From Chlorokybus atmophyticus (lineage: Eukaryota > Plantae > Mesostigma and Chlorokybus algae), in assembly GCA_009103225.1 (NCBI GenBank), contig RHPI01002069.1:2504846-2568845 (forward strand): 64,000 nt of DNA, read 5' to 3'. The notes beneath the pieces were generated by a model, which saw nothing but the letters and a program-made list of their open reading frames with translations, made no database searches and was not told where the DNA came from. Every line of letters starts with the position of its first letter. Positions within the stretch are counted from its first letter, which is position 1. Shown one piece after another: positions 28,901-40,594 of this stretch. A program made the position numbers and the translations under genes.

Positions 28901-30146
28901 ACTTATTTTACTCAATGCTACAACTGGCACTGCGGCTCTGCGGCTGAGCTCATCCGCTTCAACTGTACATTGCAACTTCGCAATACCTGTTAACGGTCAG
29001 CAACTCCGGTTTGTAATTGCTATGGATGATGCTTACAAACTGTTACATCATTGTCGAGTGCTTATTATATGACGAGTTTTCCATGATGATATCGCGGTTG
29101 TTTGACTTGGTGATGCTGCGCTTACAGCAAGTTCATAGACCAGAATTTCTACAAATCGGCGTTGTACTGGTTAGTGACCACAAGCAGCTGCCAACGGTTT
29201 GTGGACACAAAGTCCAAGACACATCGCAGGCTTGCCACAAATGCCATATTTCTGCATCACAGAGGTGGCCATTACGTAGGCAACATGTTCTTTCTGTTTC
29301 AGTGCGTCATGCTTCAGACCCTCTGTTTGCTCAATATTTAATTCATAAACGTTCTGGCATACCCAGGTCAACAGAGATTGCAGATGCGTTATGTTGCTGT
29401 CTGGTCACTTCGGAGTACTTACAGCATTTACCAAGTAATGCAACCATATTGTGTTTACATGTACAAAACACACTAGCTTTCAACAACATGATTGTGAGAC
29501 AACGTTTTGCAGCCGATGCCATTGTGCTTATACAACTAACTTACTTCTAATGCAGTGAACGTGCCCAAACTGTACGACTGGATTCACAAGCCCAAGTTCA
29601 ACTTATTACCTTCGCCAAGGGAGCAAAGGTGTTGGTTTTAAAAAACGTTTCACTGCAAGATGGTGTAGCCAATGGGTCTTTGCGAACAGTAACACAGTTA
29701 AATTACTACAAAGGTAATGTGAGTGGCTGTTGCTCGTGTGGGGTTCACCATGTGTATTTAACAGTTTGTGCGACACCATGCTTTGGTGTTGATATGATAC
29801 ATGTGGGTGCATATTGGTGGTGTAATTGTGTTGGTGTAACTTCATAGAAGTATGTATGCTGTAGTGTTTGGTGTAAGTATGCAGTGGAGAGTATTTAGTG
29901 AGATATGCTGTATTCGTCACCTTTCACACAGGTGGATGGAGACAATTGCAGTGCATTAGCAAATATCCGTATGCTGCCTATCGCAAATATCACATGGTAA
30001 CAACACAATGTGTGCGGCCATGAGGATGTTGTACAAGCATGTTCCTTAACAACATAACCATACAGGTATCAGAGCATAAGATTGTTTGATTGACAAATAT
30101 AACATATGCATCTACAAGGTCCAAACGGGTACCATGAAACACAGGT

Positions 30147-32330
30147 CTATTCAGGCGGGGGTGGCTGCGAAGGCCCAGCGCCAGCAGCGCCGGTATTGTG
30201 TGTATCAACATCCTCATCATCGTCACTGCTGCTCAGTTCATATACAGGGTGGTGGGCGATACATAAAAATAAGTTGAAGCAGCGACAGAAAGGACACTCA
30301 ACTAGAGGGTGAGATCCTGTGCGCTTTTCCCAGCATTGACGGCACAGTTTAGCTCCGCAACATGGCATAGGTAGCAACGCTTCCACTGGCTTCTGTTTGC
30401 AGCAAATCCCGCATGTGTTATCTTGACTGTCTACCACGCGCTTGCCCTTGTACTCCTGGTCCACATGTTGCTGCATTTCTTCGGTTGTTGCTGCTTCACG
30501 CAGCAACGGGGCAACTGTGCAGAGGTAGGTACAAAGCTTCTCCCAGAGTGTTTGGTGCAGTTGCTGCTGCCTGTTAACATCTCTGCAATCGAGGAGCGAT
30601 ACCTGGTACACCAACCAGTGAACACCAAAGTGTTGCATTTGTTCGTATATGTCATAATTGTACTTGTTCAGTACCTGTCCGTCAAGGTCGATCTCTTTTA
30701 ACATATACTTTGCCAAGCTGTCCAACTCCTTTTTGGTGACTTCCAGTTGCTGCTGGAAGCTCTTGAACTGCACGCCATTGAGTTCAATGCGCTCACGAAA
30801 TCGCCAGTTTGCCGTTTGAAGACGCAGAACGCTTGTCAACTCTGAGATCTACAACAGCAAGTCACTTGCAGAAAAATCTAACAGTGCAGGCACACACACC
30901 TTGTTTTTTCAATTGTCTCGTTGGCTGCTCCAACCTTGCATTGCAAACGCGCCAATTTTGCATCGTTGCGCTCGTTGTGTTGCTGCAACCGTATGGCCCT
31001 GCGCTGAGCATTTGTCAGCTGCTGTCAACTCTGAGATCTACAATAGCAAGTCGGGTGCTGAAAAAACTAATAGTGCATGAACACACACCTTTTTTCTTTG
31101 ACGTCTGGTTGCCTTCTCCAACCTTGCATGCAACTGCGCCAATTTGCATTGTTGCGCTCATTGTGCTGCTGCAACTGTGTGGCCCTGCGTTGAGCTTCTG
31201 TCAGCTGCTTGCGTAAACCCACGATGCTTGTTGCGTTCGCAGTTTTTACGCTTTCTGTCATTTTTACGTGCTCAGCACGCTCTTCGTGTAATGCACGCTC
31301 CAGGTCAGCCTAGCGTTGCTGTGCAGCAGCATGGCCTGCACGCAGACCATTGAGTTCACTTATCATTTTCAACAGCTTTGCAGCGGTCTGGGGATCAGGC
31401 TGTGCTTGGTTTTAGCATAGCCGCTCTGCTTGCTTCAGGTTGCGCTCGCGAAGGGCTGTGTTCGCGTCAACCAGTGTCAAAACTGCAAACAATGCCATCA
31501 GTGGTGTATAAAAACAATGTCACAATTTGCCTTACTTTCGTTTTGTAGACGAGCGTTGTTTTGTACTTCACGAAGCAGGTTGGCACTGAAAGTCGATCGT
31601 TAGCAGCACGTATGAGCTCAGGTGTAAATTGGTGAGTTGGCAAACGCGGCATTGCATCCCCTGCGTTTATATAGTTCACATGATCAGGTTGGAACCTCTG
31701 TAACGATGACATTGATTACCTGTTGCAGCGCCAATGACATGAGACGTGGTGGGAGTATCAGGCGCCATAGACAAGTTCCTATGGGGCTTAGACGGAGTCA
31801 CACGAGAACTTGTTTGGATACATGCATTGAATGAAGACTGTTGATGTCACCAGGAAGCAGTTACGTACATGTTGGCATCGTCAAGGCACTGGCGTTGGTG
31901 TCTTCAGTGAGGTTAGAATGGTATAAGATTTTAACAGGGTGCAGAACATCATGCAGCGACGGTGGCAGGGGGGGTGCTGCAAAGGCCACGTTTCAGCAAC
32001 TGGCATAAAGGCACCGACAATAGGATTGAAGTTGTGTCGTGCCACTGCAGCCCGACCCTAAGTGGCAATAAGTATAAAGATAATTAAAATTCTGCATAAT
32101 TCCGTCCATTGTGTGATCATGCAGACAGCAACATGCACTCAAAGTAAATTGGCAGTGACATTGCACATTGTTAGGCTCCCAGGCTGTTGAGCGGTTTGAT
32201 ATTCGACCCGTGTACAACAATCCATGCCATGCATGCAGGATTCATTTGATCCAACCAGTACTTCAGCAAGTCGTCTTGCTGTTGGCGTGTTAATGCATTG
32301 AAGGCGTCTTTGTGGATACCGCTAGTAAGG
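30147..32330 (-). pseudogene. Degenerate gene: possible lipase-3-like remnant, coiled-coil exon repeats and a C-terminal RING finger
   Basis: RING-like CGIC...PCCGAKLCRQCW...CPFC in ORF 30147-30839. Coiled-coil exons lie in a 189-bp exon+intron duplication (30835 and 31024). HVNYINAGDAMPRLP at about 31640-31690 resembles lipase-3 VNxxDxVPRLP (weak). Confidence 0.5.
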
Positions 32331-32339
32331 TGATGCTTC

Positions 32340-32900
32340 TACAACACTCCACTACACTTCAACACTTAACACACTTGTGCTAACATACACCCTTTGTGCA
32401 CAAGTTTGGACGTTCTTTTTCTTTGTAGTGTTGTAAGTATAAGTGTAAAAATTGTAGCGTTATATTAAAGTACACTACACTGCTATCGTACCACTTTTAC
32501 AACACTCTACCACACTTTAACAGTCCACTCCAATTGCATGTACATATCGTGCATGCTGACACATTGTGCATGGTTATTAATAGTTCCTACTTGCACCATC
32601 GTATACTACTTTGGTTCCACCTATCAGGTACTACACTACTGCTGCAGTGCCACTTCCACAACATTTTACTACACTTTGACACTCTACTACACTATATGGC
32701 TATTTTGCGATATACACACGTACATTGCTAAGCCATGTACGTGTGCATATTGTCTACTGTAGTAATATTTTAGTAATACAGTCCTACTTGAACTATGCAT
32801 ATTGTGTATACCGCTATAGGTACATGAGTAGTACACTTCTACAGTAATATACACTGTTGTAACTCCTCTCCTACACTACATGTGTAGTAGTGTATACTAA
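32340..32900. repeat. Low-complexity CA/TA-rich tract rich in ACTACAC-like motifs
   Basis: Recurrent TACAC/ACTAC/CACT motifs. No credible ORF. Confidence 0.5.
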
Positions 32901-33226
32901 ACATGTATGCACATAATTTGTGTACGTACGAATGTGAGTCTGCTGCAACCGCACGGTACTCCACTTCCATTCCCTACTTAAGTACACTGTTCAACCATCC
33001 CCAAAGGTTTATTAAAATATGTTCCGCGTGTGGTGCAAGAAGTTCAAGTTGGCTTTCTTTCTCTTTCCTTTGCAACATGACATCCATTGCATTTGCACAG
33101 GGCACTCATTTGCATGGGTCAATGTATGCATATGTACACATAATGGTTATTATGTGTGCGGGCTTTGTGAAAGGTTTGGCAGATTGGTTAAGGGGAAGGG
33201 TTAAGGCTGGGGCTAGGGGCAGGCAG

Positions 33227-33262
33227 TTAGGGTTAGGGTTGGGGCTAGGGTTAGGGTTAGGG
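33227..33262 (+). repeat. Short interstitial telomere-like (TTAGGG)n
   Basis: TTAGGG TTAGGG TTGGGG CTAGGG TTAGGG TTAGGG. Confidence 0.75.
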
Positions 33263-33424
33263 CTGGCACAGTTGTTTGCACGGGTATTATTTGCATGCGA
33301 ATGCGCACACATAAGACAACATGACGAGGTTGCAGTTGGAGTAGCTGGGTTGCATTGGGACGCTCGCATGTAAGCCAACATTAAGTGATGCTACGGGTTA
33401 GTCCGTGCTATGTACAACCTCTCT

Positions 33425-36400
33425 CTACAAGTACATTTGGTGCCTCCGCCAGTCAGTCAGAGGCTGCAAACCAGCTAGGCGTCTTACGTAGTGCTTCACG
33501 CCACTACGGATCACCTCTCGGCAACGAATGACGCGCCGCATCGCCGCGTACTTGACCTGACTCCACACATCGGTAGAGTCCTTCAAACTGTGTGCGAAGT
33601 CCGGCACACTCTCCAGCACTTGAATTAAAGCCTTCTTCAGCACATCGTCCGTGTTTAAGACACGCACATACACAGCGTCGTTCATCGTTTCGTCCCACGT
33701 GGTGTTGTCCGCGTCTCGCAGCTCTGCTACATCACCACTGACCGGATGCACCGGGCCATCCACATCCGACAATGGCAACCTCACCGCCGTGCGATGCACG
33801 TCGTATGCGAGGCGCACAGTATCCGGCGCACTCTCAAAGGGCACCGATAACAGCATTGCCTTGCGCAGCAGATCTTGAGCAGGAATATACAACATAGTTT
33901 TGTGGTCCTTGTCGACATAGGTTGCCGCCATGTCACTGATAACGTTACTAGACAAGTCACCATGGAGTATATGGTACACCATCAGGCGCAAAACGCATCT
34001 ACAGTACACATGCTCGTGCACCAAAATGTCAGACAGTTGCGCGATGGCCACCTCACGTTTCCTGACGCGATACACCACGTCCTTCTGCAAACGCACAATG
34101 TCAGTTGAACTAACGCGATATACCATTACAATCACAAACCGTCCGCACCTTAGTGTAACCGGGCAAAATGCACGCATACCACTGCTTAAACTGCGAATTG
34201 CCACCCCCGAGCACAATTCAGTACACGGTGTCTAACATGGCAAATCGCAGCATCAGCACATAATGACAACCTTTATAATGCCTCGTATGCTGATGACCCT
34301 GAAGTGAGTCACCACCTGCAACGCTGTCTCTGGCTTGGTACAGTTCATGAACTGCAGCACGCTTACTACTCCACTGAAGCACCTATAGGACAGCAGTTTC
34401 ATTGAACCTTCACCAATGAGGACGCAATCCCGTGCCTATATAGCGATAGAGAAACGCGGATGCAACTCAATTATACGCCACAGAGCACGAGCCGCTTCCA
34501 TGCTGCGCGCTTGGAACCAATCCTTGCGGTTGAGGGGCTGCACTTCAGTCACCTTCTCCAAGGTAGAAGGCCTGAAGTGCGTCATGATGTGCTCTAATGC
34601 TCACTCGCTGTCGCAAAGACCAATAATGTTGTCGAGCTTGATCTGCTCCACCATGCACACAAACCACTCCCGTGCATTGTGATGTATATACGTAAACTCG
34701 TACTCCTTCTTGTTGGTGTGCAACTCCTGGTGCTCGTGTACTTTTTGCTCGTATACATAGCACTAGTAGAACTCATGCGTGCCATGATTGACAATGTCCT
34801 CAAGCAAGTGCCCCAGCCCCTGCAGCGTGCTCCAGCGCCTTGCTGTTCGTCCCCAAATATTCTTCAGACACAACTTGCCAGTGCCGCAACAGGGCATTGA
34901 CGTAGTCCATGTGCCCTCTGATCCATCCATCAACCTGTGTGACGTAATAGAATATGCGGAATATCTCATGCATAGTCATGCATACATCTCGGTCCACAGG
35001 TTTGAGCAGGTTTGTAATGTACGGGTTGAGCCAGCTGCACGAACTTCTAGTACTCCTTCGCCTTCCACCATCCAAGCCTGCAAGGTCGAAGCATAATCGG
35101 TCACGAACTGCCATCGTCAACAGATGTGTGCTGCAAATGCGCTCGTCTGGCAACGTGCACATGATTATCGTATTTCAAACCACCAACCATTCTACCAACG
35201 ACACCTCACAACACTTGCCTGGATGTAAGTCCCGTGAGGAAAACGACCAGCCTTTTGCTTTGTGGTAAGTGACTTCTAAAATGCTTCGAGACGGTCATGG
35301 ACCTTTTTCGTGTCCACTGGAGCCATTGCATTGGATCCACCTGTCGCCTCACCCCCTGAGCCAATCAAGCGTTTGCACAGCGACTTGGCCATGCTCTCAG
35401 CCAAGACATGCATAGCGTCAAACACCATGTCAAGAGCTGGGTTGAACTCGTACAAGTGATACAAGCGCCAAAGAGGATTGTGTCCCTTGACGCGCCAGTG
35501 TTGTATCCAAGTTCCTTGCGCACCGCCCATTCAGGCGCGATGCCTGCAGCGTTGGGTTTATAGCGGAGCGCAACCTCACGCGTCTCCGCTGCATTTCGTG
35601 CAGGTGGGGGGTGACGGTTTACCTTACAAGTGAGTGAATACACGTAACGCTTGTCGTAAGCCACCAAGTCAATCGTGAACGTGTGATCTGGCTGCTCCAC
35701 GCAATGCTTGCGGTGAGCTTTGCATTTTACCTCGTTGCCCACCACATGGCACCGCCTGCAAGAGCATCTCGCACCGGCACCAGAAAACTTGCCCATATCG
35801 CATTGAGCTGGATGGTTGCCTGTACAAAGAAAGAGCGTGGCCCGCACCAGGCATACTTTACCCCCTGCTCGAGCAGGCAGTGCTGTTGACACTTGCGTGT
35901 TGGACAAAGCATACTCAATCTGGATGCCATTGGCGTACAGTTTCTAGCTCCAACACCAGTGGCTCCAAGAAGGCATCGAAGTTGTCTTGATGTTGGGGAC
36001 AGAGTCCTTGGGTATGAACATGACAGGTAGCAACGAGATGTTCTTATAAGTCACCTTTTTGCCTGCGCGGAGAGAATAAATGAAAGAATACCAAAGGCGG
36101 GCTAGATGCAGCATTCAACCGCTACACTCACCACCATGACTTGGAGGCTCACAACCGGCGTGCTGCACTTCGACGTGATGGCAGTAGCGAAGCCGTCCCT
36201 ATGACCAATAAGCGCCAAGTTCAGCGGACTTCCATGTCCACTGCGGCGCAGCTGCCGGTTACTGGGTTCTGGGCACACACTATTTACACAATTGAACACC
36301 CACTCCGCCGAGAACATCTGGCCTTCTGTTGGGAAGTTATGTCCCGGTATGTGCATATGCTTGCAGTAGGTGCAGCACACAGGCAACACAGTAGGCTAGC

Positions 36401-37240
36401 TGGGGTCCCAGAACCATGAGAACCGCCTCCACTTCTTGCCGTCCGCACTTCCCTCTGTGCTCCCCTTGCATGGCTTGTTAATCTGCGATACCGGTTGCCC
36501 TGTTTGCGCCAGGACTCCAGCAGCTGCTCGCACACAAAGGGCGACAACATCAACGGCAGGCGAGCCTTCAAAGGCAGGTAGTAAAAGGTTACAGTGCTGC
36601 CACGGTCAGCGCTGTAGGTAGGGCACTTCTCCTTCATTAGCAGCTGCATCTCCGCCTCCCTGCGCTGCCGTTTTGGGGTGTTGGAGCCATCATCCGCGGG
36701 CAAGCTCTAGTGGCTTCGGATCAAAGAGATGCCAGTGCCCATCTTTTACGCAGGCATGATACTTAAGCGGCACGGGCATGCCCATCTGCTTCAACAGGTT
36801 GTGTCGCCGATACACTGATGTTAGAACCTGAAGGAAACAGCGTTGTGTCACATGAATTGCCATGGCAGAACTCAACAGTGAGTGTATACAGCCTCATCCG
36901 GCACTTCGCTGACAGCAGCCGCTACTCGCAACCAATGCAGCCAAGGCATGAAACCGGCTGCGTTATACCTTGCTTACAGCAGGCTCGTTATTCCGCCATT
37001 GGATTTTTTGATGCAATTGCAGCAAGGCCGCCAAAGGCCCACCTCAACACGTCGTTAATAGATGCAGCGGATTGCGCGCGTTCATTCGCAACGCGGACAA
37101 GCTCCAGCGTCTTGTCGACATACTCCCTGAGGACTTTGTGCTCCTGATTGGTCTATTCCAGATGCTCCTGTAAGATGTTTCGCACATGCTCATTTGTTTG
37201 CTCTAGTGGTGAAGCCGCTTTCTGGCCATGCACCATCTCC
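33425..37240 (-). pseudogene. CMC/EnSpm transposase pseudogene, paralogue of 21628-25950
   Basis: Collinear fragments: MGMPVPLKYHAC, FYYLPLKARL, LIGHRDGF, GNHPAQC...SCRRC, LWRLYHLY...FDAMH and ALEHAAGAG, plus a C-terminal segment 33425-34216 similar to 25225-25950. Many stops and frameshifts. Confidence 0.9.
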
Positions 37241-37972
37241 TGCACCAACTAATTGCGCCGAAAGTGCCGTCCATTCTTCAATGCATCAATGGGCTAACAC
37301 GCAACACCATATGAGTTACGTGCGGCATGCACTAGTCATGTATTCTCAGCGCTATAGAGCAATGCTGCAAGCATGCATCATATCTGCTTAAGCCCCTTGC
37401 ATTTGCTACACCAGCAGAGAGCATACACCGATGCATGACTAGAGCCAGCAAGCGAGCTTGTATTGTGCATGGAGCCAGCATGGTGCATAGTTGCAGCATG
37501 CTGGCTCCATGCGTATTGTCTATCGCGGCAGAATGCGGCTCAAACCCATCCAAGACTTGTAATTGCGACATGCCGCTCTACATAGTTTCCTGCTGCTCTG
37601 CATGGCCTGATAGATGCGCATCCTCTTGCCTCTTTTGCTTGAGTGCTCTGTCACAAAGTTGACGTTTTATAGCCTTGGATAGACTGGTAAACATGCTGGC
37701 CACTCCAGCGCACGCACTCTACCACCCGCCGCCACCGCCTACGCCCGCGGCCCGATCAGGCGCCGCCTACTGTTTACCACCCGCACAACGTCACGTGCGC
37801 TAGTGCGCCACCGAGTCCGTTCGGAGACTCTAAATTGGTCGACTTGGTGAGGTCAACGAGCGTTGCACGAAAATTTGAATGATTGCCTTTAAATTCGACA
37901 ACCGCTATATTCGGCGGCACAACGCAAGTTAGTGAAGCAGCTCTCGGCGGCGGCGGCGGCAGCGCAGTTACC

Positions 37973-39187
37973 ATGGCGGGTGTAGGGAGACTTACAGTGG
38001 AGGGTATAGTTGAGCACACCACCAACGTCATTGGCTGCGGCAACTTTGCAGAGCTGTTTAGAACTAGCATGGTGGATGGTGCAGCGTACTTAGCGTGCAA
38101 TTGCGAGTTGTTTCGCGCCATGGGTCTGCCAGTGGGAGTAATCTCCAAGCTTTTGCAGGACATCAAAAGTGCCGCTGCGCCATTGCAAACGCTCACAAGC
38201 GGCACCGAGTTTAACATCATCAACCCTGTGGATTTTGGCTTCCTGCCACCACAAAGCAGTCCAACACACCGCACCGCCCAAAGGTGCTTCCAAATAAAAG
38301 GCGACGCTAGCGCAGGCATCCCAACAGGTATTGTCCACTTGCTCTCGATTATGGCCTACATTTGATCCACCTGCTAAAATTCCATGCCGCTGCTGTTGAA
38401 ATACGCACTTGTCTTAAACCTAGCTACTGTCACGCACACGTTGCATTCGTTGTTGCAGTGTCGCAGTTTTAAACGTGAAACTTGTGCGTGCGAAATGCCA
38501 GGCAGTGTAACTGCTGAGTGCCTTGCGCTTGCTGTAGGCCGTTTATAAGTCTCATAATTGTGTCTGCTCTTAATTTATTGTGACGTGGTACACGATGGTG
38601 CGGACTGCATGCATGCATAGACATTGTATGTCTTCTGCTAAGAGTTGTTCGTTCCAAGTCGCACTCAGTCTCACTCAGTTTGAGTATGGTGTCTGTGCAG
38701 GCATGCAATTTCTGGCACAGAACTTGACAGGTCAGTCCATGGTCATGCAAAACAGCTGGCGGATCCTGCTGCAAGTCATTGAGAAGCACTTCTCCAACGG
38801 CTCTACAAGGAATGCCCACTTCCAGAATAGCTCAGCCGACATCCACAAGCAACGAGAGTGCATTAGAGAAGTCTTCAACAAACACAAGCCCCTGGTTTGA
38901 GGGGACTACAAACTTGCATGGGATGAGGGTGAGTGCACATGTTGTCTCATGCACTGCTGCATTGCCTGTACACTCTACGGCTGCTGCACATGGTGAAATG
39001 CATATTTATGCGCATGGGTGCAGTGTGGATACAGAGGCAGTTTATTAAGAAGGTCGTCAACAACTGCAAGCGTGGCAACCGCAATGGCCCCACAGTGGAA
39101 GGGCGCAAACAGGCGGCGCGAGACAAGCGAGTTCGCACCGGTGGGTCGGGTGCAAACTCCACATCTGCTGACCAGTATAACCACTAG
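37973..39187 (+). pseudogene. SAM-domain accessory gene divergent from the transposase; downstream exons degenerate
   Basis: LTVEGIVEHTTNVIGCGNFAELFRTSMVDGAAYLACNCELFRAMGLPVGVISKLLQDIK fits the SAM consensus pattern. Candidate donor at 38328. Later exon-like segments contain stops. Confidence 0.55.
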
Positions 39188-40594
39188 AAGGGTTCAGAGG
39201 TTGTGCTGCTTAGCATATGGCTGGATGCATAGCATGCCACTGCACCGCCATCGAGTGTGCAGCTGCAAGAGGCATCTGCAGCAAGGTACATTGTATGTTG
39301 CGGCGCATCATTGTTATAGCATGCCAGATGCTGCAAATTCATATGCATGAACAAGTGCATAATGTAATTCAATAGCTGCTTGTGCCAGAAAGTCAGGGTT
39401 GACTATAGTTGCAGTGGCAAAGGGGATTGTCAAACACATCACTCCAGGAGCATCCTGGTGCTCATACGCCATCCAGATCACGTGGTGTGCGCCGTGCGAG
39501 TGCCGGAGCGCGACGGCTGTCCGCATTTGCGTACCAGCATACGAGAAGGATGGCTGGCACAGAGAGTCTGCGCATCGTCTAAGCGAGCGGGTAAGAGATA
39601 AATTTCATGTTTGCGCTTGTGTATGTGTGTAAACTTTGTTGAACAGGGGGGTCGAGAAATCGCATGGCCAGCATTTTTGTGCACACAGGATGCTGTATGC
39701 CCCTGCCCCGATTGCAGTGAAAGCAGTGATGTCAACTGCGGCATCGCTGATTATTTTCAGTGGTGCTTCAAAGGTCAAGCCTGTGCCACCCCGCCTCAGG
39801 TCCCTTCGCTCGAAGGTAACAAAGAGGTGAGTCATAGTCAATTCATTAGAGTTGTCATTGCCATAGCTGCTGCAGTCTCACACTGTCGTGGGGTCGCAGA
39901 ACGCAGACCCCAGCTTGTCTGGAGCTTTTAAAGAGCGGCTCCGCACCACTGCTGTCCACTGCGATGTAAAGAAAACCACGTGTGGTGGGAACCCAGTGGT
40001 GATGACTGTTTCCACCATACATGGCGTCGCGGTTATGCCGCCATGGCGACAGCCGCCATGACCACGGCGGGTTTAAATGTCATGCCATACTGGTGGTCGC
40101 GATTTCCATCACACATTACGTGATGGTTAGGCCGCCATGGTGCCAACCGTCATGACCACGATTGATATGAATGTCATGTCGCACTGGTGTCTATCGTCAT
40201 AACCATTAATGGTGTGACTGTCATGCCACAGTGGCCATGAATACCCGTTACAGCCATACCAGTGTGGTCCGCGGACCAGCAGCGAGGTGGTAACACACCA
40301 TGCATGGCATGAAGATCACAACCCATGGTGGTCTTGACCGTTTGCACCACATTTGGTGTAACCTCACCGCCATGACGAGTGCGGACTATTCCGCGCCATA
40401 CTGGCGGTGAATCTTGGTTATAATCACACCAGTATGGACCGCGAACCAGCAACGAGGTGGTAACATTGCACCATTAATGGTCGTCGGACGTCGCCACCAT
40501 ACTGTAGGCACTACCCGTCAGTCTCGTCGTGACCCGAGATCTGATGGTCACAACGGTTGTGACCACCTGTGGTTTGCGCTGACTTTTCCATGTG

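Larger units (their letters stand above)
20290..29990 (+). mobile_element. Degenerate Helitron (Rep/HUH plus PIF1 helicase), copy 1, interrupted by a CACTA-like element
   Basis: Rep motif 1 DAPMECARLLHHRF (about 27320), motif 2 YGTQHRGSLQAHVMLW (27430-27480), motif 3 YLMKYITEMEP (27860-27892) and NVVPTHPVLLSLWGAY. Helicase motifs GCPKAGKT (28833-28856), TTGTAA, DEFSM, SDHKQLP and VLKNV...GVANGS. Many stops and frameshifts. Termini not defined. Confidence 0.88.
33425..40594 (-). mobile_element. CACTA-like transposon 2 (5' end at 40594; 3' end unresolved)
   Basis: CCATGTG|TA at 40588-40596, where Helitron homology begins. Subterminal GCCATG/CATGAC motifs and a 170-bp-period direct repeat at about 39990-40560. 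Encloses the transposase pseudogene and a divergent SAM ORF. Confidence 0.6.

Noticed and set aside
29991-29997. Additional CACATGG as a transposon end
   Set aside because: No subterminal motif array and no preceding TA. A 7-mer is expected several times by chance in 64 kb.
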